Part shown: positions 34,962-45,400 of the stretch, piece by piece
How the letters are laid out: each line of letters opens with the position of its first letter
Numbering within the stretch: position 1 is the first letter of the stretch
From: a virus
Reading direction: 5' to 3' (one strand)
IMG/VR virus record: IMGVR_UViG_3300042691_008527
Location: 1 to 64,000 of that record
DNA length: 64,000 bases
Program-made: the position numbers and the translations under genes
The notes under the pieces: model-generated
What the model was told of the DNA's origin: nothing
Database searches by the model: none
Seen by the model: the letters and a program-made list of their open reading frames with translations, nothing else

Positions 34962-36278
34962 ATGAATATCAATAAAGCACACTGGGTTACTGAAGGAGAT
35001 AATGTCCGTCTATCAATGCCTATTGGCAAGGTAGATGTTGAGCGTAGAATAGTATCTGGTTTTGCAACACTAGACAATATTGATAAGCAAGGCGATATTG
35101 TTACTACAGAAGCTAGCCTAGATGCATTTAGAAAATTTCGTGGCAATCTTCGTGAAATGCATCAACCATTAGCGGTTGGAAAAGTTTTATCTTTTAAGGA
35201 GGATCGCTACTTTGATCCAAATACAAAAAAGTTTTATAGTGGTGTTTATGTTTCATCATATATATCAAAGGGTGCACAAGATACTTGGGAAAAAGTTCTT
35301 GATGGAACACTAACTGGTTTTTCTATCGGCGGGAATATTACAAAGTCCGATGACTCATATGATGATAAGCTAGACAAGTCAATTAGAATTATTAAAGAAT
35401 ATGATCTACACGAGTTATCATTAGTAGATAATCCTGCAAACCAATTTGCCAATGTCGTTTCTATTGAAAAGGTAAATGGAGAAACTAAGATGGGTGGATA
35501 CCTTTCAAAGGCAGAAATTGAAAATGTTTTCTGGGATCAAGATAATGATGTTGTTCTTGTGTCAGCAGCTGATAATGAAGTAAGTCCACACTCTGGTAAG
35601 CCTATGCAGAATATTGGTTTTGTTGAAAAAAGTGATTCAGATAATGTAGAAATAATAAAGTTCTTAGTTGATAGTGCAAAAGGCATTAAGACAATTAAGA
35701 TGCAAAAGGAGGAAAGTCCTATGACAGAAGAAACAACAACAGAAGCAGTTGCTACAGAAGTTACTGCAGAAGAAGTAGTTGAAAATGTTGAGGTCGCTCC
35801 AGAGGCACAGCCAGCAGAAGCTACAGATCCTGTGGTTGAAGAAGCTGCTGCTCCTGCTGAAGAAGGTGCTCCTTCTGAAGAGCCTGCAGTTGAACCTGCA
35901 GCTCCAGAAGTCACAGAGAGTGCAGATGTTGCAAAATCCGAACAGGCTATCGCTGACGCCGTTGCAGACATCAAAAATTCTCTTACTAATGCCTTTGGCG
36001 ATCTAGCAGCAACCGTTAAGTCAATTAACGATAAAGTTGCTGAGTTAAGCAAGTCCCTTGCAGATGTAACAACAAGTGTTGCTGCGGTAACAACTGAAGT
36101 TACAGGTGTAAAGAACGGCTTTAACGAGTTTGGCAAGCGTGTCGATAAAGTTGAGGCTGACACAGCTTTCCGCAAGTCTGGCGATCTTGGCGAGATCGTT
36201 CAGGAATTGGTGGAAACACCAGTTCAAAAATCCCTATGGGGCGGTCGTTTCCTCAAAAATACCGACCTATTTAATTAA
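34962..36278 (+). CDS. Prohead protease fused to scaffold
   Basis: VSGFAT...DKQGD, REMH, GFSIGG, ELSLVDNPAN; acidic/coiled-coil C-terminal half. Confidence 0.9.
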   Translation: MNINKAHWVTEGDNVRLSMPIGKVDVERRIVSGFATLDNIDKQGDIVTTEASLDAFRKFRGNLREMHQPLAVGKVLSFKEDRYFDPNTKKFYSGVYVSSYISKGAQDTWEKVLDGTLTGFSIGGNITKSDDSYDDKLDKSIRIIKEYDLHELSLVDNPANQFANVVSIEKVNGETKMGGYLSKAEIENVFWDQDNDVVLVSAADNEVSPHSGKPMQNIGFVEKSDSDNVEIIKFLVDSAKGIKTIKMQKEESPMTEETTTEAVATEVTAEEVVENVEVAPEAQPAEATDPVVEEAAAPAEEGAPSEEPAVEPAAPEVTESADVAKSEQAIADAVADIKNSLTNAFGDLAATVKSINDKVAELSKSLADVTTSVAAVTTEVTGVKNGFNEFGKRVDKVEADTAFRKSGDLGEIVQELVETPVQKSLWGGRFLKNTDLFN

Positions 36279-36300
36279 AAATCACTAGGAGGTGAAATAT

Positions 36301-37443
36301 ATGTCGGAACAAGAAAACAATGAGATCGTAAAGAATTACCCAGGCGCTCCAACAGTTGCACATCAGCATGCTGGAGATGGATCTTTTGCTTCAGGTGGTA
36401 TTGGTGATGCAACAGCAACCAGCCCAACCTCTAACAATATTGGTTCAAACCTTGGTAACATCGCAACACCTTCGTGGGGCGATACTACAGGTCCAAACGC
36501 AGTAAACCCAACTGGTACACCAGGTGGTATTCTGCTTCCAGAGCAGGCTCGTCGCTTCATCGACTATGTGTGGGATGCAACAGTTCTCGCCAAAGATGGA
36601 CGTAGAGTTACAATGCGGGCTAACACCATGGAACTTGAAAAAGTTAACGTGGGTGAGCGAGTAATTCGTGCTGCTGCACAAGCAAGCAACGACTATACAA
36701 ACGCAGGTGCTACATTCACAAAGGTAGAGCTTACAACCAAGAAGATTCGTCTTGATTGGGAAGTTTCAACTGAAGCATTAGAAGACAATATTGAAGGTGG
36801 TGCTCTTGAAGATCACCTCGTTCGATTGATGACAAATGCTTTCGCTAACGATATCGAAGATCTCGCTATCAATGGTGACGGCGTTACTGGTGACTTCCTT
36901 TCCATTATGGAAGGCTTCGTCTATGGTGTAACAACCTCAGGCGACGCTCATGAGGCAGTCGTTTCTGTCACAAATGACAACTGGACAACCGAGGTAATGC
37001 AGGAGATCATCCTTGCAATGCCACGTAAGTATCGTGCCGTAAAGCAGAACCTCAAGTTCTATGCTGGTACAGATGCATTCCAGGGTATTGTCAAGAACAA
37101 CGGTACACTTGCTGATGCAATTGCTGAAGCATTTGCTCCACGCACTGGTGGTACAGAGCGTAACCGTCAAGCATACCTTGATGGCGCTGCTCAGACCTTC
37201 GGTGGAGCACGTACAACCCGTGTTCTCGGTGTTGACGTTATGGAAGTTCCTTACTACCCAGCAGATTATGTCGATTTGACATTCCCTGCTAACCGTGTTT
37301 GGGGTTTCCAGCGAGACATCACTGTGAATCGTGAGTACAAGCCAAAGAAGGATACAATTGAATACACTGTATTCGTCCGCTTTGGTGTGCAATGGGAAGA
37401 GCTTGATGCTGTTTCCTTCGCAGATGTCAGCACAGGTTCATAA
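36301..37443 (+). CDS. Major capsid protein (HK97 fold)
   Basis: GGILLPEQ, EALEDNIE, FANDIEDLAINGD; GGAGGTG RBS; high-expression codon usage. Confidence 0.9.
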   Translation: MSEQENNEIVKNYPGAPTVAHQHAGDGSFASGGIGDATATSPTSNNIGSNLGNIATPSWGDTTGPNAVNPTGTPGGILLPEQARRFIDYVWDATVLAKDGRRVTMRANTMELEKVNVGERVIRAAAQASNDYTNAGATFTKVELTTKKIRLDWEVSTEALEDNIEGGALEDHLVRLMTNAFANDIEDLAINGDGVTGDFLSIMEGFVYGVTTSGDAHEAVVSVTNDNWTTEVMQEIILAMPRKYRAVKQNLKFYAGTDAFQGIVKNNGTLADAIAEAFAPRTGGTERNRQAYLDGAAQTFGGARTTRVLGVDVMEVPYYPADYVDLTFPANRVWGFQRDITVNREYKPKKDTIEYTVFVRFGVQWEELDAVSFADVSTGS

Positions 37444-37466
37444 TTAGTCTTTTAGACTAAAAAAGA

Positions 37467-37500
37467 TAAGGGGAGTGAGTAAAATCGCTCCCCTTAATCA
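37467..37500 (+). terminator. Hairpin terminator after the capsid gene
   Basis: TAAGGGGAGTGA/TCGCTCCCCTTA. Confidence 0.7.
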
Positions 37501-37526
37501 TATTCTGGTATAATTGCTGTAAAGGA

Positions 37527-37934
37527 GTGATTATGGAAAGTTTAGAAAATAATGAAAATAAAATTTTAGATCAAGAAGATGACGGAAAAACGTTTGCTGG
37601 TGGAGCACTTTTTGGTGATGATGTAGAGTCAGACGAATTAGAGTCAGATTTAGCTGAAGAACCAAAAGTAGAAAATCTTAAAGCTGAAGAGCCTAAAGTT
37701 GAAAAGGTAAAGGAAGAAAAACCTAAAAAGGCTGTTAAAAAAGAAGAACCTAAACCAGAAGAAGTAAAGGAAATAGCTCTTCATGCTGAGGCTAATCTGT
37801 TTAAGTTTGGCCTTGGAGAACTTAAGAAAGGCTATAATATTGTTGATAAAGAAGCAGCAGAGTTTTGGTTAAAACACAGAAAGGTAAGGATTGCAACTCC
37901 AAGAGAGTTAGCAAGATATTACGGTAAAGAATAA
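37527..37934 (+). CDS. Acidic/Lys-rich hypothetical head-region protein
   Basis: ORF track; EEPK repeats. Confidence 0.7.
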   Translation: MIMESLENNENKILDQEDDGKTFAGGALFGDDVESDELESDLAEEPKVENLKAEEPKVEKVKEEKPKKAVKKEEPKPEEVKEIALHAEANLFKFGLGELKKGYNIVDKEAAEFWLKHRKVRIATPRELARYYGKE

Positions 37935-38902
37935 TGAATGTTCTCAGAGTTCCGCCATACCCACTAACAATATCTTATACTGTTCCAGATCCTAATGAAG
38001 AGTATTACTTAGTCATAAAGGAAAAAGACAGAAATATTATTGAGGATGAGCTTGCTCTGACATCTGATTCTAATAGTGTTATTACTTATACTCTTCCAGA
38101 ATGGTTCTCTGATTATGATGAGTCTTATTATGTAACTATTTATACTACCTTGCTTGGTGATCCAGACGAGGTAGTTATAGAAGATAACTTAAATATTGAA
38201 AGACCATATGTAAATCCAGCAACCCTTGGCACAACTGCAACGGAGATAGCTGAATATACACAGTATGAATTTATTGCTAGGGCACTTATAGATTCTATAG
38301 TTCCAGGTGGATTCTATTATATGACATATTGGTTAGAAACAACTGGACAAAATACAGACTATTTACCAGTTTGGCCAAGAACATATAAAATTCTAAAGGC
38401 TTATGAAAATACAGAATTAGTTTGGGACTCAAGCGAATCCCCATCTGCTTTAGGTGATTGGAACTATATCTTAACTAAAGATAAAACAGCTATATTAAAA
38501 GATCCAGTTCAGGCAGTTGATTCTATTAATTACCTAGCATCTAATCCAGTCGGAGTAGATCTTGCAATTTCAGATTCATTTGCTTTTTATGATACTCAAG
38601 ATAGTGGCAACATGTTTGCAGTTAAGCCAGGTGTAACATTTCCAATGGATGTAGATTATCTTATCTTGCTGGAGACTGGGTATAAAGTTGTTCCATATGA
38701 TATTCAAGAAGCAACTAAACTTTTAATCAACGATATTAAATGTGGAAAGCTAGAATATTTTAAGCGTGGTATTACAAGTTATTCAACTGATCAGTACAGA
38801 ATGCAGATTGATAAATCAGTTTTAGACGGTACTGGCAATATTATTGTTGATAAAATATTAGATAAGTATATAGTAAATGTCAATAAACCTGGGATGTTGT
38901 GA
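37934..38902 (+). CDS. Head-tail adaptor
   Basis: Position; C-terminal GY..VP.DI.EAT..L motif. Confidence 0.65.
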   Translation: MNVLRVPPYPLTISYTVPDPNEEYYLVIKEKDRNIIEDELALTSDSNSVITYTLPEWFSDYDESYYVTIYTTLLGDPDEVVIEDNLNIERPYVNPATLGTTATEIAEYTQYEFIARALIDSIVPGGFYYMTYWLETTGQNTDYLPVWPRTYKILKAYENTELVWDSSESPSALGDWNYILTKDKTAILKDPVQAVDSINYLASNPVGVDLAISDSFAFYDTQDSGNMFAVKPGVTFPMDVDYLILLETGYKVVPYDIQEATKLLINDIKCGKLEYFKRGITSYSTDQYRMQIDKSVLDGTGNIIVDKILDKYIVNVNKPGML

Positions 38903-39348
38903 TGGAATGCGAAACACCAGACTTTATGTTTCCACTTTATGCAGATATTTACTACCCGATAATTACGCAAGGAGCATATAATGAAGTTAAAAAAGAGTGG
39001 GTTTTTGATCGGACTATTATTTGTAACGCTTCCCCTGTTGGTGGTGCTGGCGAAGAAGATATTAAGCCAGCTGAATTTCTCCAATATGAAAATAAACTCG
39101 TGGCACGAAGCAGAACCGACCTCAGAATAACATCTAATGAAAATAAACAAGCAGTAACAAATATTTTAATTACTAATATTAGAAATATGGGCGGCGAATT
39201 AATTTACAAAGAAACTGCTGGCACTAGAAAAGGTCGTGGAACAATATATGAAGTTGCCACCCTAGAACCATTTCTTGGACCATTTAATACTATAGAATAC
39301 TATAAAATGCTATGGAGACGTTCTGAAAATCAGAGCGCTGGAGATTAA
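38899..39348 (+). CDS. Head closure/stopper protein
   Basis: Position and size. Confidence 0.55.
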   Translation: MMECETPDFMFPLYADIYYPIITQGAYNEVKKEWVFDRTIICNASPVGGAGEEDIKPAEFLQYENKLVARSRTDLRITSNENKQAVTNILITNIRNMGGELIYKETAGTRKGRGTIYEVATLEPFLGPFNTIEYYKMLWRRSENQSAGD

Positions 39349-40037
39349 TGAGAGTAAGAATGAATACCAAAGCGCTTGAAGCAGATCTTGCTAATCTAGT
39401 TGAGTATTCTGTGGGATATCTAGATGGTATACAAAAAGGGAAAAAAGAATTTTTAAATGGGCTTGGGGTTATTACAATCCAGGCATTGGGCCAATACATA
39501 GATGCAAGTGCTAGAGGAAATAGAGAAGCTCTTCATCACGTTTATGAGTGGTATCAAGAAGGCAGCCCTTCTGCAAGACTGTTTGATTTACAATATACTG
39601 TTAGCAATTTAGGTCTTTCAATAGGATCTACGTTTAGACAGTCAAGCACAATGTCTCGTGACGCTAATAAGCCATTCTATGATAAGGCTAGAATTATGGA
39701 GCTCGGTCTCTCTGTAATTGTAAAACCAAAAGGAGATAACCCACTTGTTTTTGAAGCTGGTGGAGAAACAGTTTTTACTAAAAAGCCAGTCACTATTGAG
39801 GCCCCTGGAGGCATAGAAACCCAGGGATCGTATGAAAGAGTATTCGATCAGTTTATGTTACAATATTTTAAGCAATCATTTTTGAAGGCCTCTGGAATTT
39901 ATGATTATATTAAAAAGCCAGTTTTATATAAGAAGAATTTTAAGGCTGGAATTAAAGGCGGAGGCAGATCAAAAGGGTATCAAACAGGATACCGATGGAT
40001 TGCTAATGCTACGACTGGAGTTGATATAAGTGCCTAA
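39348..40037 (+). CDS. Neck/tail completion protein
   Basis: Position; KARIMELG motif. Confidence 0.5.
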   Translation: MRVRMNTKALEADLANLVEYSVGYLDGIQKGKKEFLNGLGVITIQALGQYIDASARGNREALHHVYEWYQEGSPSARLFDLQYTVSNLGLSIGSTFRQSSTMSRDANKPFYDKARIMELGLSVIVKPKGDNPLVFEAGGETVFTKKPVTIEAPGGIETQGSYERVFDQFMLQYFKQSFLKASGIYDYIKKPVLYKKNFKAGIKGGGRSKGYQTGYRWIANATTGVDISA

Positions 40038-40590
40038 TTTAGCAGCAAATCTACCATATCCACCACACTGGATAAATGCATATTTAAGAGCAGAGCTAGA
40101 AAAATATGACGATATTGGTGTAAGTAGCACACAGGCCCTATCTCCTATTTTTGCTACAACTCCTACTAATATAACTGAATTATGGAACCAGATACTCCAG
40201 TCTGGGGAGGTATCTAATCCGCTGCTTATCCAGTATGAGCACTTGATGAGGTTTAGGTCTAGACCATTTTATGGAGTAAGAAAAGAGCAGATTGTCTATT
40301 ATTTATATAGCGATACAACAGCAAATATTTATAATGCAATAAATGTAATAACTTACCTGTTTGACCGAGAAGACGCTGCGGCACAAGATCTAAATAAATG
40401 GGCAGTAGAAAATGCAGCTTCTGTAGGACAGCCACATAATGTATATTTTCACAATATGAAGGTTTACCATATAGATGAATCTAGGGATGTTATTGAGCTT
40501 GGATCTGCAAAGACATTTACTGCAAATAAGATTATTGTTGAGTATGACTATCACCTTTCTGTAGACCCTCAGACTTTTCCATATACCTAA
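40030..40590 (+). CDS. Tail terminator-like protein
   Basis: Position just before the tail tube gene. Confidence 0.5.
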   Translation: MPNLAANLPYPPHWINAYLRAELEKYDDIGVSSTQALSPIFATTPTNITELWNQILQSGEVSNPLLIQYEHLMRFRSRPFYGVRKEQIVYYLYSDTTANIYNAINVITYLFDREDAAAQDLNKWAVENAASVGQPHNVYFHNMKVYHIDESRDVIELGSAKTFTANKIIVEYDYHLSVDPQTFPYT

Positions 40591-40663
40591 AAATGATGTT
40601 ATAATTGGTGTGAGGAAACACGCCAACAATTTAATAACAATTTAAGAAATAAGAGGTGAAAAT

Positions 40664-41299
40664 ATGCCATATAGCCGTGGTAATTCTAATAATATCATCG
40701 TCGGTGCTGCTGCGTTCTTCGTTGCAGACACAACGCTTGATAATTCCACACTGCCAGCTTTTGTAAGCTCTGAGTCTTATAAGGACACCCTTTCTGACGA
40801 AATCGACTTCACAAACGTTGGTTATACAATGAATGGTCTTGAATTACAATTCCAACCAGATTTCGGTGAAGTTCAGGTTGATCAGCTTCTTGACGTTGCT
40901 AAGCTCTTCAAGCAGGGTATGCAAGTTAATCTTGTTACTGCTTTTGCTGAAGCAACACTTGAAAACCTTCTTCTTGCAATTGCAGGACAGAGCGCTGATC
41001 TTACTGGTACCAAGTCAACATCCGCAGGTCAAGTTCTTAACATGTCCGCAGGAGAGCTTGGTGAATGCCCAGTTGAGCGAGGAATCATTGCAGTCGGTCC
41101 AGGAACTGGAGACTGTGCAGAATCTGATGTGATTGAGCGTGTTTACGCTGCATATCGTGCACTCTCTATTGAGAGCGTTACAGTATCTGCAAAGCGTGAT
41201 GAGCCTTCGATGTTCGAAGTTTCATTCCGTCTTCTTCCAGATGATACAGATGCATCATATGGAAAGCTCATAGACCGTACTTGGACACCAGCTTCGTAA
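40664..41299 (+). CDS. Major tail (tube) protein
   Basis: NIIVGAA, VGYTMNG, EVQVDQL, AEATLENL; followed by a terminator. Confidence 0.85.
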   Translation: MPYSRGNSNNIIVGAAAFFVADTTLDNSTLPAFVSSESYKDTLSDEIDFTNVGYTMNGLELQFQPDFGEVQVDQLLDVAKLFKQGMQVNLVTAFAEATLENLLLAIAGQSADLTGTKSTSAGQVLNMSAGELGECPVERGIIAVGPGTGDCAESDVIERVYAAYRALSIESVTVSAKRDEPSMFEVSFRLLPDDTDASYGKLIDRTWTPAS

Positions 41300-41321
41300 T
41301 TTAGCTTCCAAGTCCAACATT

Positions 41322-41350
41322 GCCCACCCATAGCGGTGGGCTTTGTTGTT
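41322..41350 (+). terminator. Intrinsic terminator
   Basis: GCCCACC/GGTGGGC stem followed by TTTGTTGTT. Confidence 0.8.
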
Positions 41351-41368
41351 TATGATAGAATGGTATGA

Positions 41369-42106
41369 ATGGCTACTAAATTATACAAAAATAATTATGT
41401 TCAAACTATTGATGGTAAAAAAATAAAAATAACACCATTAAAGTTAAAATATTTGTATGATTTTATGGACCATTTTGAAACTATAGGTAACAGCAAAAAT
41501 GATGAAGAAGCCATAGAAGTTTTAGTTGAATGTGTCAGAATTTGTATGATGCAGTATTATCCAGAAATATCTAATTCAACTGAAGATATAGAGGATAATT
41601 TTGATATGCCAACAATATATGAAATATTAGATTATAGTGCTGGCATTAAGATGAATAAAAATAAACAAGATAAAGATGTAAAACAGCAAGCTGTAGAAAG
41701 CAAAGATAAAAATGACTGGGCTAGTTTTGATTTATTGTCTATAGAGTCCGAGGTTTTTTTACTCGGTATGTGGAAAAATTTTGATGAAATGGAAGAGTCT
41801 ATTTGTTTGCCAGAACTTATACATTTAATATCTACACAAAGAGATTTAGATTATAAAGAAAAAAGATTTATGGCAGCTCTGCAAGGTGTTGATCTTGATA
41901 AGGGGACAGGGTATTCTGGTGGAGAACAGGCAAAGGGGCAAAAAGAATGGGAAGATCTTAAAGCAAGAGTTTATAGTAAAGGCAAAGCTACAGATAGTAA
42001 TGATATTCTTGCTCTTCAAGGACAAAATGCAAAGAAGGCTGGCTTTGGTATTGGCATGGGGCTAGACTATGAAGATTTAAGAAGTTCTCCAAATAAAAAT
42101 GTTTAG
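41369..42106 (+). CDS. Tail assembly chaperone, long (GT-like) form
   Basis: N-terminal ~95 aa homologous to 42146..42472; between tube and tape measure genes. Confidence 0.65.
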   Translation: MATKLYKNNYVQTIDGKKIKITPLKLKYLYDFMDHFETIGNSKNDEEAIEVLVECVRICMMQYYPEISNSTEDIEDNFDMPTIYEILDYSAGIKMNKNKQDKDVKQQAVESKDKNDWASFDLLSIESEVFLLGMWKNFDEMEESICLPELIHLISTQRDLDYKEKRFMAALQGVDLDKGTGYSGGEQAKGQKEWEDLKARVYSKGKATDSNDILALQGQNAKKAGFGIGMGLDYEDLRSSPNKNV

Positions 42107-42145
42107 CTATGCTATAATTGAGTTACCTATATATATGGAGGAAAA

Positions 42146-42472
42146 ATGGCTACAACAACGCATGAGGCTAAGACCCTCACGCTAATCGATGGAACAACCA
42201 TCGAAGTTCGTCCGCTTAAAATATCGCTTCTCAAGCCTTTTATGGCAAAATTTGAGGGCATTGCATCAGTTCAGGAAGACAATGATAAGTCATTAGGTCT
42301 TCTTATGGAGTGTGTACAAATAGCAATGAAACAGTACAAGCCTGAAATGTCTGCTGATATTGCTAAGTTGGAAGATGTTCTTGATCTACCGACTGTGTAT
42401 AAGATTGTCGAAGCAGCTTCTGGAATTAAGCTTTCAGAGGTTACAGACCTTCTTAATACCACAATTGAATAA
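42146..42472 (+). CDS. Tail assembly chaperone, short (G-like) form
   Basis: IDG..I...PLK, ECV.I.M.QY.PE, D.PT.Y.I. Confidence 0.7.
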   Translation: MATTTHEAKTLTLIDGTTIEVRPLKISLLKPFMAKFEGIASVQEDNDKSLGLLMECVQIAMKQYKPEMSADIAKLEDVLDLPTVYKIVEAASGIKLSEVTDLLNTTIE

Positions 42473-42492
42473 AAATTAAAAGAGGTGAGTAA

Positions 42493-45400
42493 ATGGCTGA
42501 CGTTAATTCTAATATTAGTATTAATATAGATTCGTCTAAAGCCTTAAGTCAACTCAAATCTTTACAACGACAGATAGCTCAATTTCATCTATCTGTAGCA
42601 AAGTCTAGCGAAGCAGCTGCATTAGCTCAGCGTGACCTGCAGAGAAATCTTATAAATAGTATTAACTCTATTGGAGCTTTCTCTGCAGAGCTTCGTACCG
42701 TAAAAACATCTGCTGAAAACTTTACAACATCGCTTGAAAAGAATAAATTTTCAATGCGGGAATACTTCCGCTATGCTGGTGCATCTACAAAAACATTTGG
42801 CAGACTATTTAAATCTGAATTCGACACAATCGGCAGGGTAGCAGAGGAAAGAGTAAAAAGGCTTCAGACTCAATACATAAAGCTTGGTCGTGATACTACT
42901 GGCGCAATGAAGGCTATTGCTGTCATGCCAACAGAGCTCAATCTTAAAGATCACTCTACACAGCTTCAGCTAACTGCACAAAGACAAGCAATCTTTAATC
43001 AACTTGTAAAACAAGGATCTACTAATCTTCTTAATTTTGGTAAAAATACTCAATGGGCTGGTCGCCAGCTTATGGTTGGTTTTACCATACCAATTACTAT
43101 GCTTGGCACCGCTGCTGCAAAAACATTTATGGATATGGAAACTGCAGCAATTAAATTTAAAAAAGTATATGGAGATTTATTTACACCAGCCGCAGAAACC
43201 CAACAAGCGTTAGATAGCATTCAACAGCTTGGAAATGCTTTTACCAAATATGGTATTGCTGTATCAGATACAGTTTCATTAGCAGCAGAAGCAGCTGCAG
43301 CTGGCTTCCAAGGTTTAGATCTACAAAGACAAACAACAGAAGCAACACGACTACAGGTTCTTGGTCAGATTGATGCACAAAAAGCATTAGAGACGACCAT
43401 ATCTCTTCAGAATGCATTTCAGATGTCATCAGAAGATCTGGCTGAATCTATTAACTTCTTAAACGCAGTAGAAAACCAGACTGTCGTATCTCTTGATGAT
43501 ATTACAACTGCAATACCTAAAGCAGCACCAGTGGTAAAACAACTTGGCGGAGATGTTAAAGATTTAGCATTTTTTATGGCTGCTATGAAAGAGGGTGGTA
43601 TCAATGCATCAGAAGGAGCTAATGCTCTAAAGTCTGGTCTTGCTTCATTAATTAATCCTACTGATAAAGCAAGAGAGATGATGCAAGGATTTGGCATAGA
43701 TATTGATTCTATTGTTAATAAAAATGCAGGCAATGTAAAGCAAACAGTTATAGAGTTTGCAATGGCATTAGACAACTTATCTGATCTTAATAGGCAAAGA
43801 GCTATAGAGCAGTTGTTTGGTAAGTTCCAGCTAGCACGTCTATCAACTTTATTTGAAAATGTTACAAAAAGTGGTAATCAGGCATCAAGAGTATTAGATT
43901 TAGCAACAGCCTCTACTGGTGATTTAGCTGCTATGGCTGAAAAAGAATTAGGAATGACTGCCGAATCAGCAATGAATAAATTTAGAAAAGCAGTTGAAGA
44001 TTTGAAGGTTGCGCTTGTTCCACTTGGCAAGGTATTTCTTGAGACCGTTACTCCAATATTAGAAAGTTTGGGTGGCATACTAGATAAATTTGCTTCATTG
44101 TCAGAGGGTAGCAAAAAGGCTATTGCTATTCTAACCATTGCTGTTGGAGGAATTGCCCCAGTATTACTTATGACATTTGGCTTGCTTGCCAACTTTATCG
44201 CTAATGGAATTAAATTTTTTGCACTACTAAGAAATGGATATTTAAGATTAACTGGACAATCAAAGATACTTGGAGCTCAAACTCAATATCTTACTACAGA
44301 ACAGCTTGATGCGGCGGCAGCAGCACATTCATTAAATCAATCTCATGCTAACTTAACCCAAACATTTAGTGTAGAAACAAAAGCTCTTAATCAACTAATT
44401 GCTGCATATAGATCTGCTGCTACAGCTGCTAGAAATTTTGCACAAACAAATCCAGGAATGATGGCTCCAATTCCAGGCAGACGTGGTGGTAAAAAATACT
44501 CTGACGGAGTCTCAAGTGTTCCAGGACCAAGAGGAGCTGGAGATATTGTTCCTGCGATGCTCTCTCCTGGTGAAGCGGTTATTCCAGCAAAAATGGTTGA
44601 AAAATATGCTCCACTTATTCAGGGAATGGTAGCAGGAAATATTCCTGGATTCCAAAAAGGTCTTTTCCCAGGGTATACAAATGCAGTAACTCTACTAAGC
44701 AGTGCTGCTAATCAAGGATTAAAAGGCAAAAGTGGATATTCTGCATCTGCATTAGCAAAAGAATTTTCGAAAGGTGGAGCTGGGATACAAGCACCAATTG
44801 TTAGAGCAATGGCAGAAGCTATGGGTGCTACAAATGCAAACGATGTTGTTAAAATGATTAAAAATGATCCTAATTTAGCAAAATTTGGAGAAAGCATTTC
44901 TAAGGGTGTTGCAGAAGAGCTTGCTAAAAAAACTGGTAAGGTAACAGATCCAGAATTATCAAAGATATATAATAAAGTAGCTAGAACACAAGCCAAAAAA
45001 TTTGGCAAAACATATCAAGCTGCTACTAATAAATTTTTAACACAAGTAACTACTTTTGAAGATGTAACTAGGACACGAGTTTCACAGTCAACTGGCAGAA
45101 AGCGTTCTATTGGTAGGGCAGCTATTTTCAAAAATGTTGGATCATACAGAGGAAAGGAATTTGGAAAAATTGCTGGAGCTCTTGGACTTTCTAGTATTGC
45201 TGGATTAGTAAAAGCACATATGACTCCAGCACAAGAAATAAATCTTATGGAAATGGCTAAAAGTGGAGAATTGACACCAACAGCTATTGCTGCAGCAGAA
45301 AGAGCTGGAACAGTTATTCCAGTAGAGGTAAAGAAAGAAGTTAAAAAACAAGCTTCAAAGAAAAAAACAACTGCTACAAGAAGACCAACTACTCAATCTG

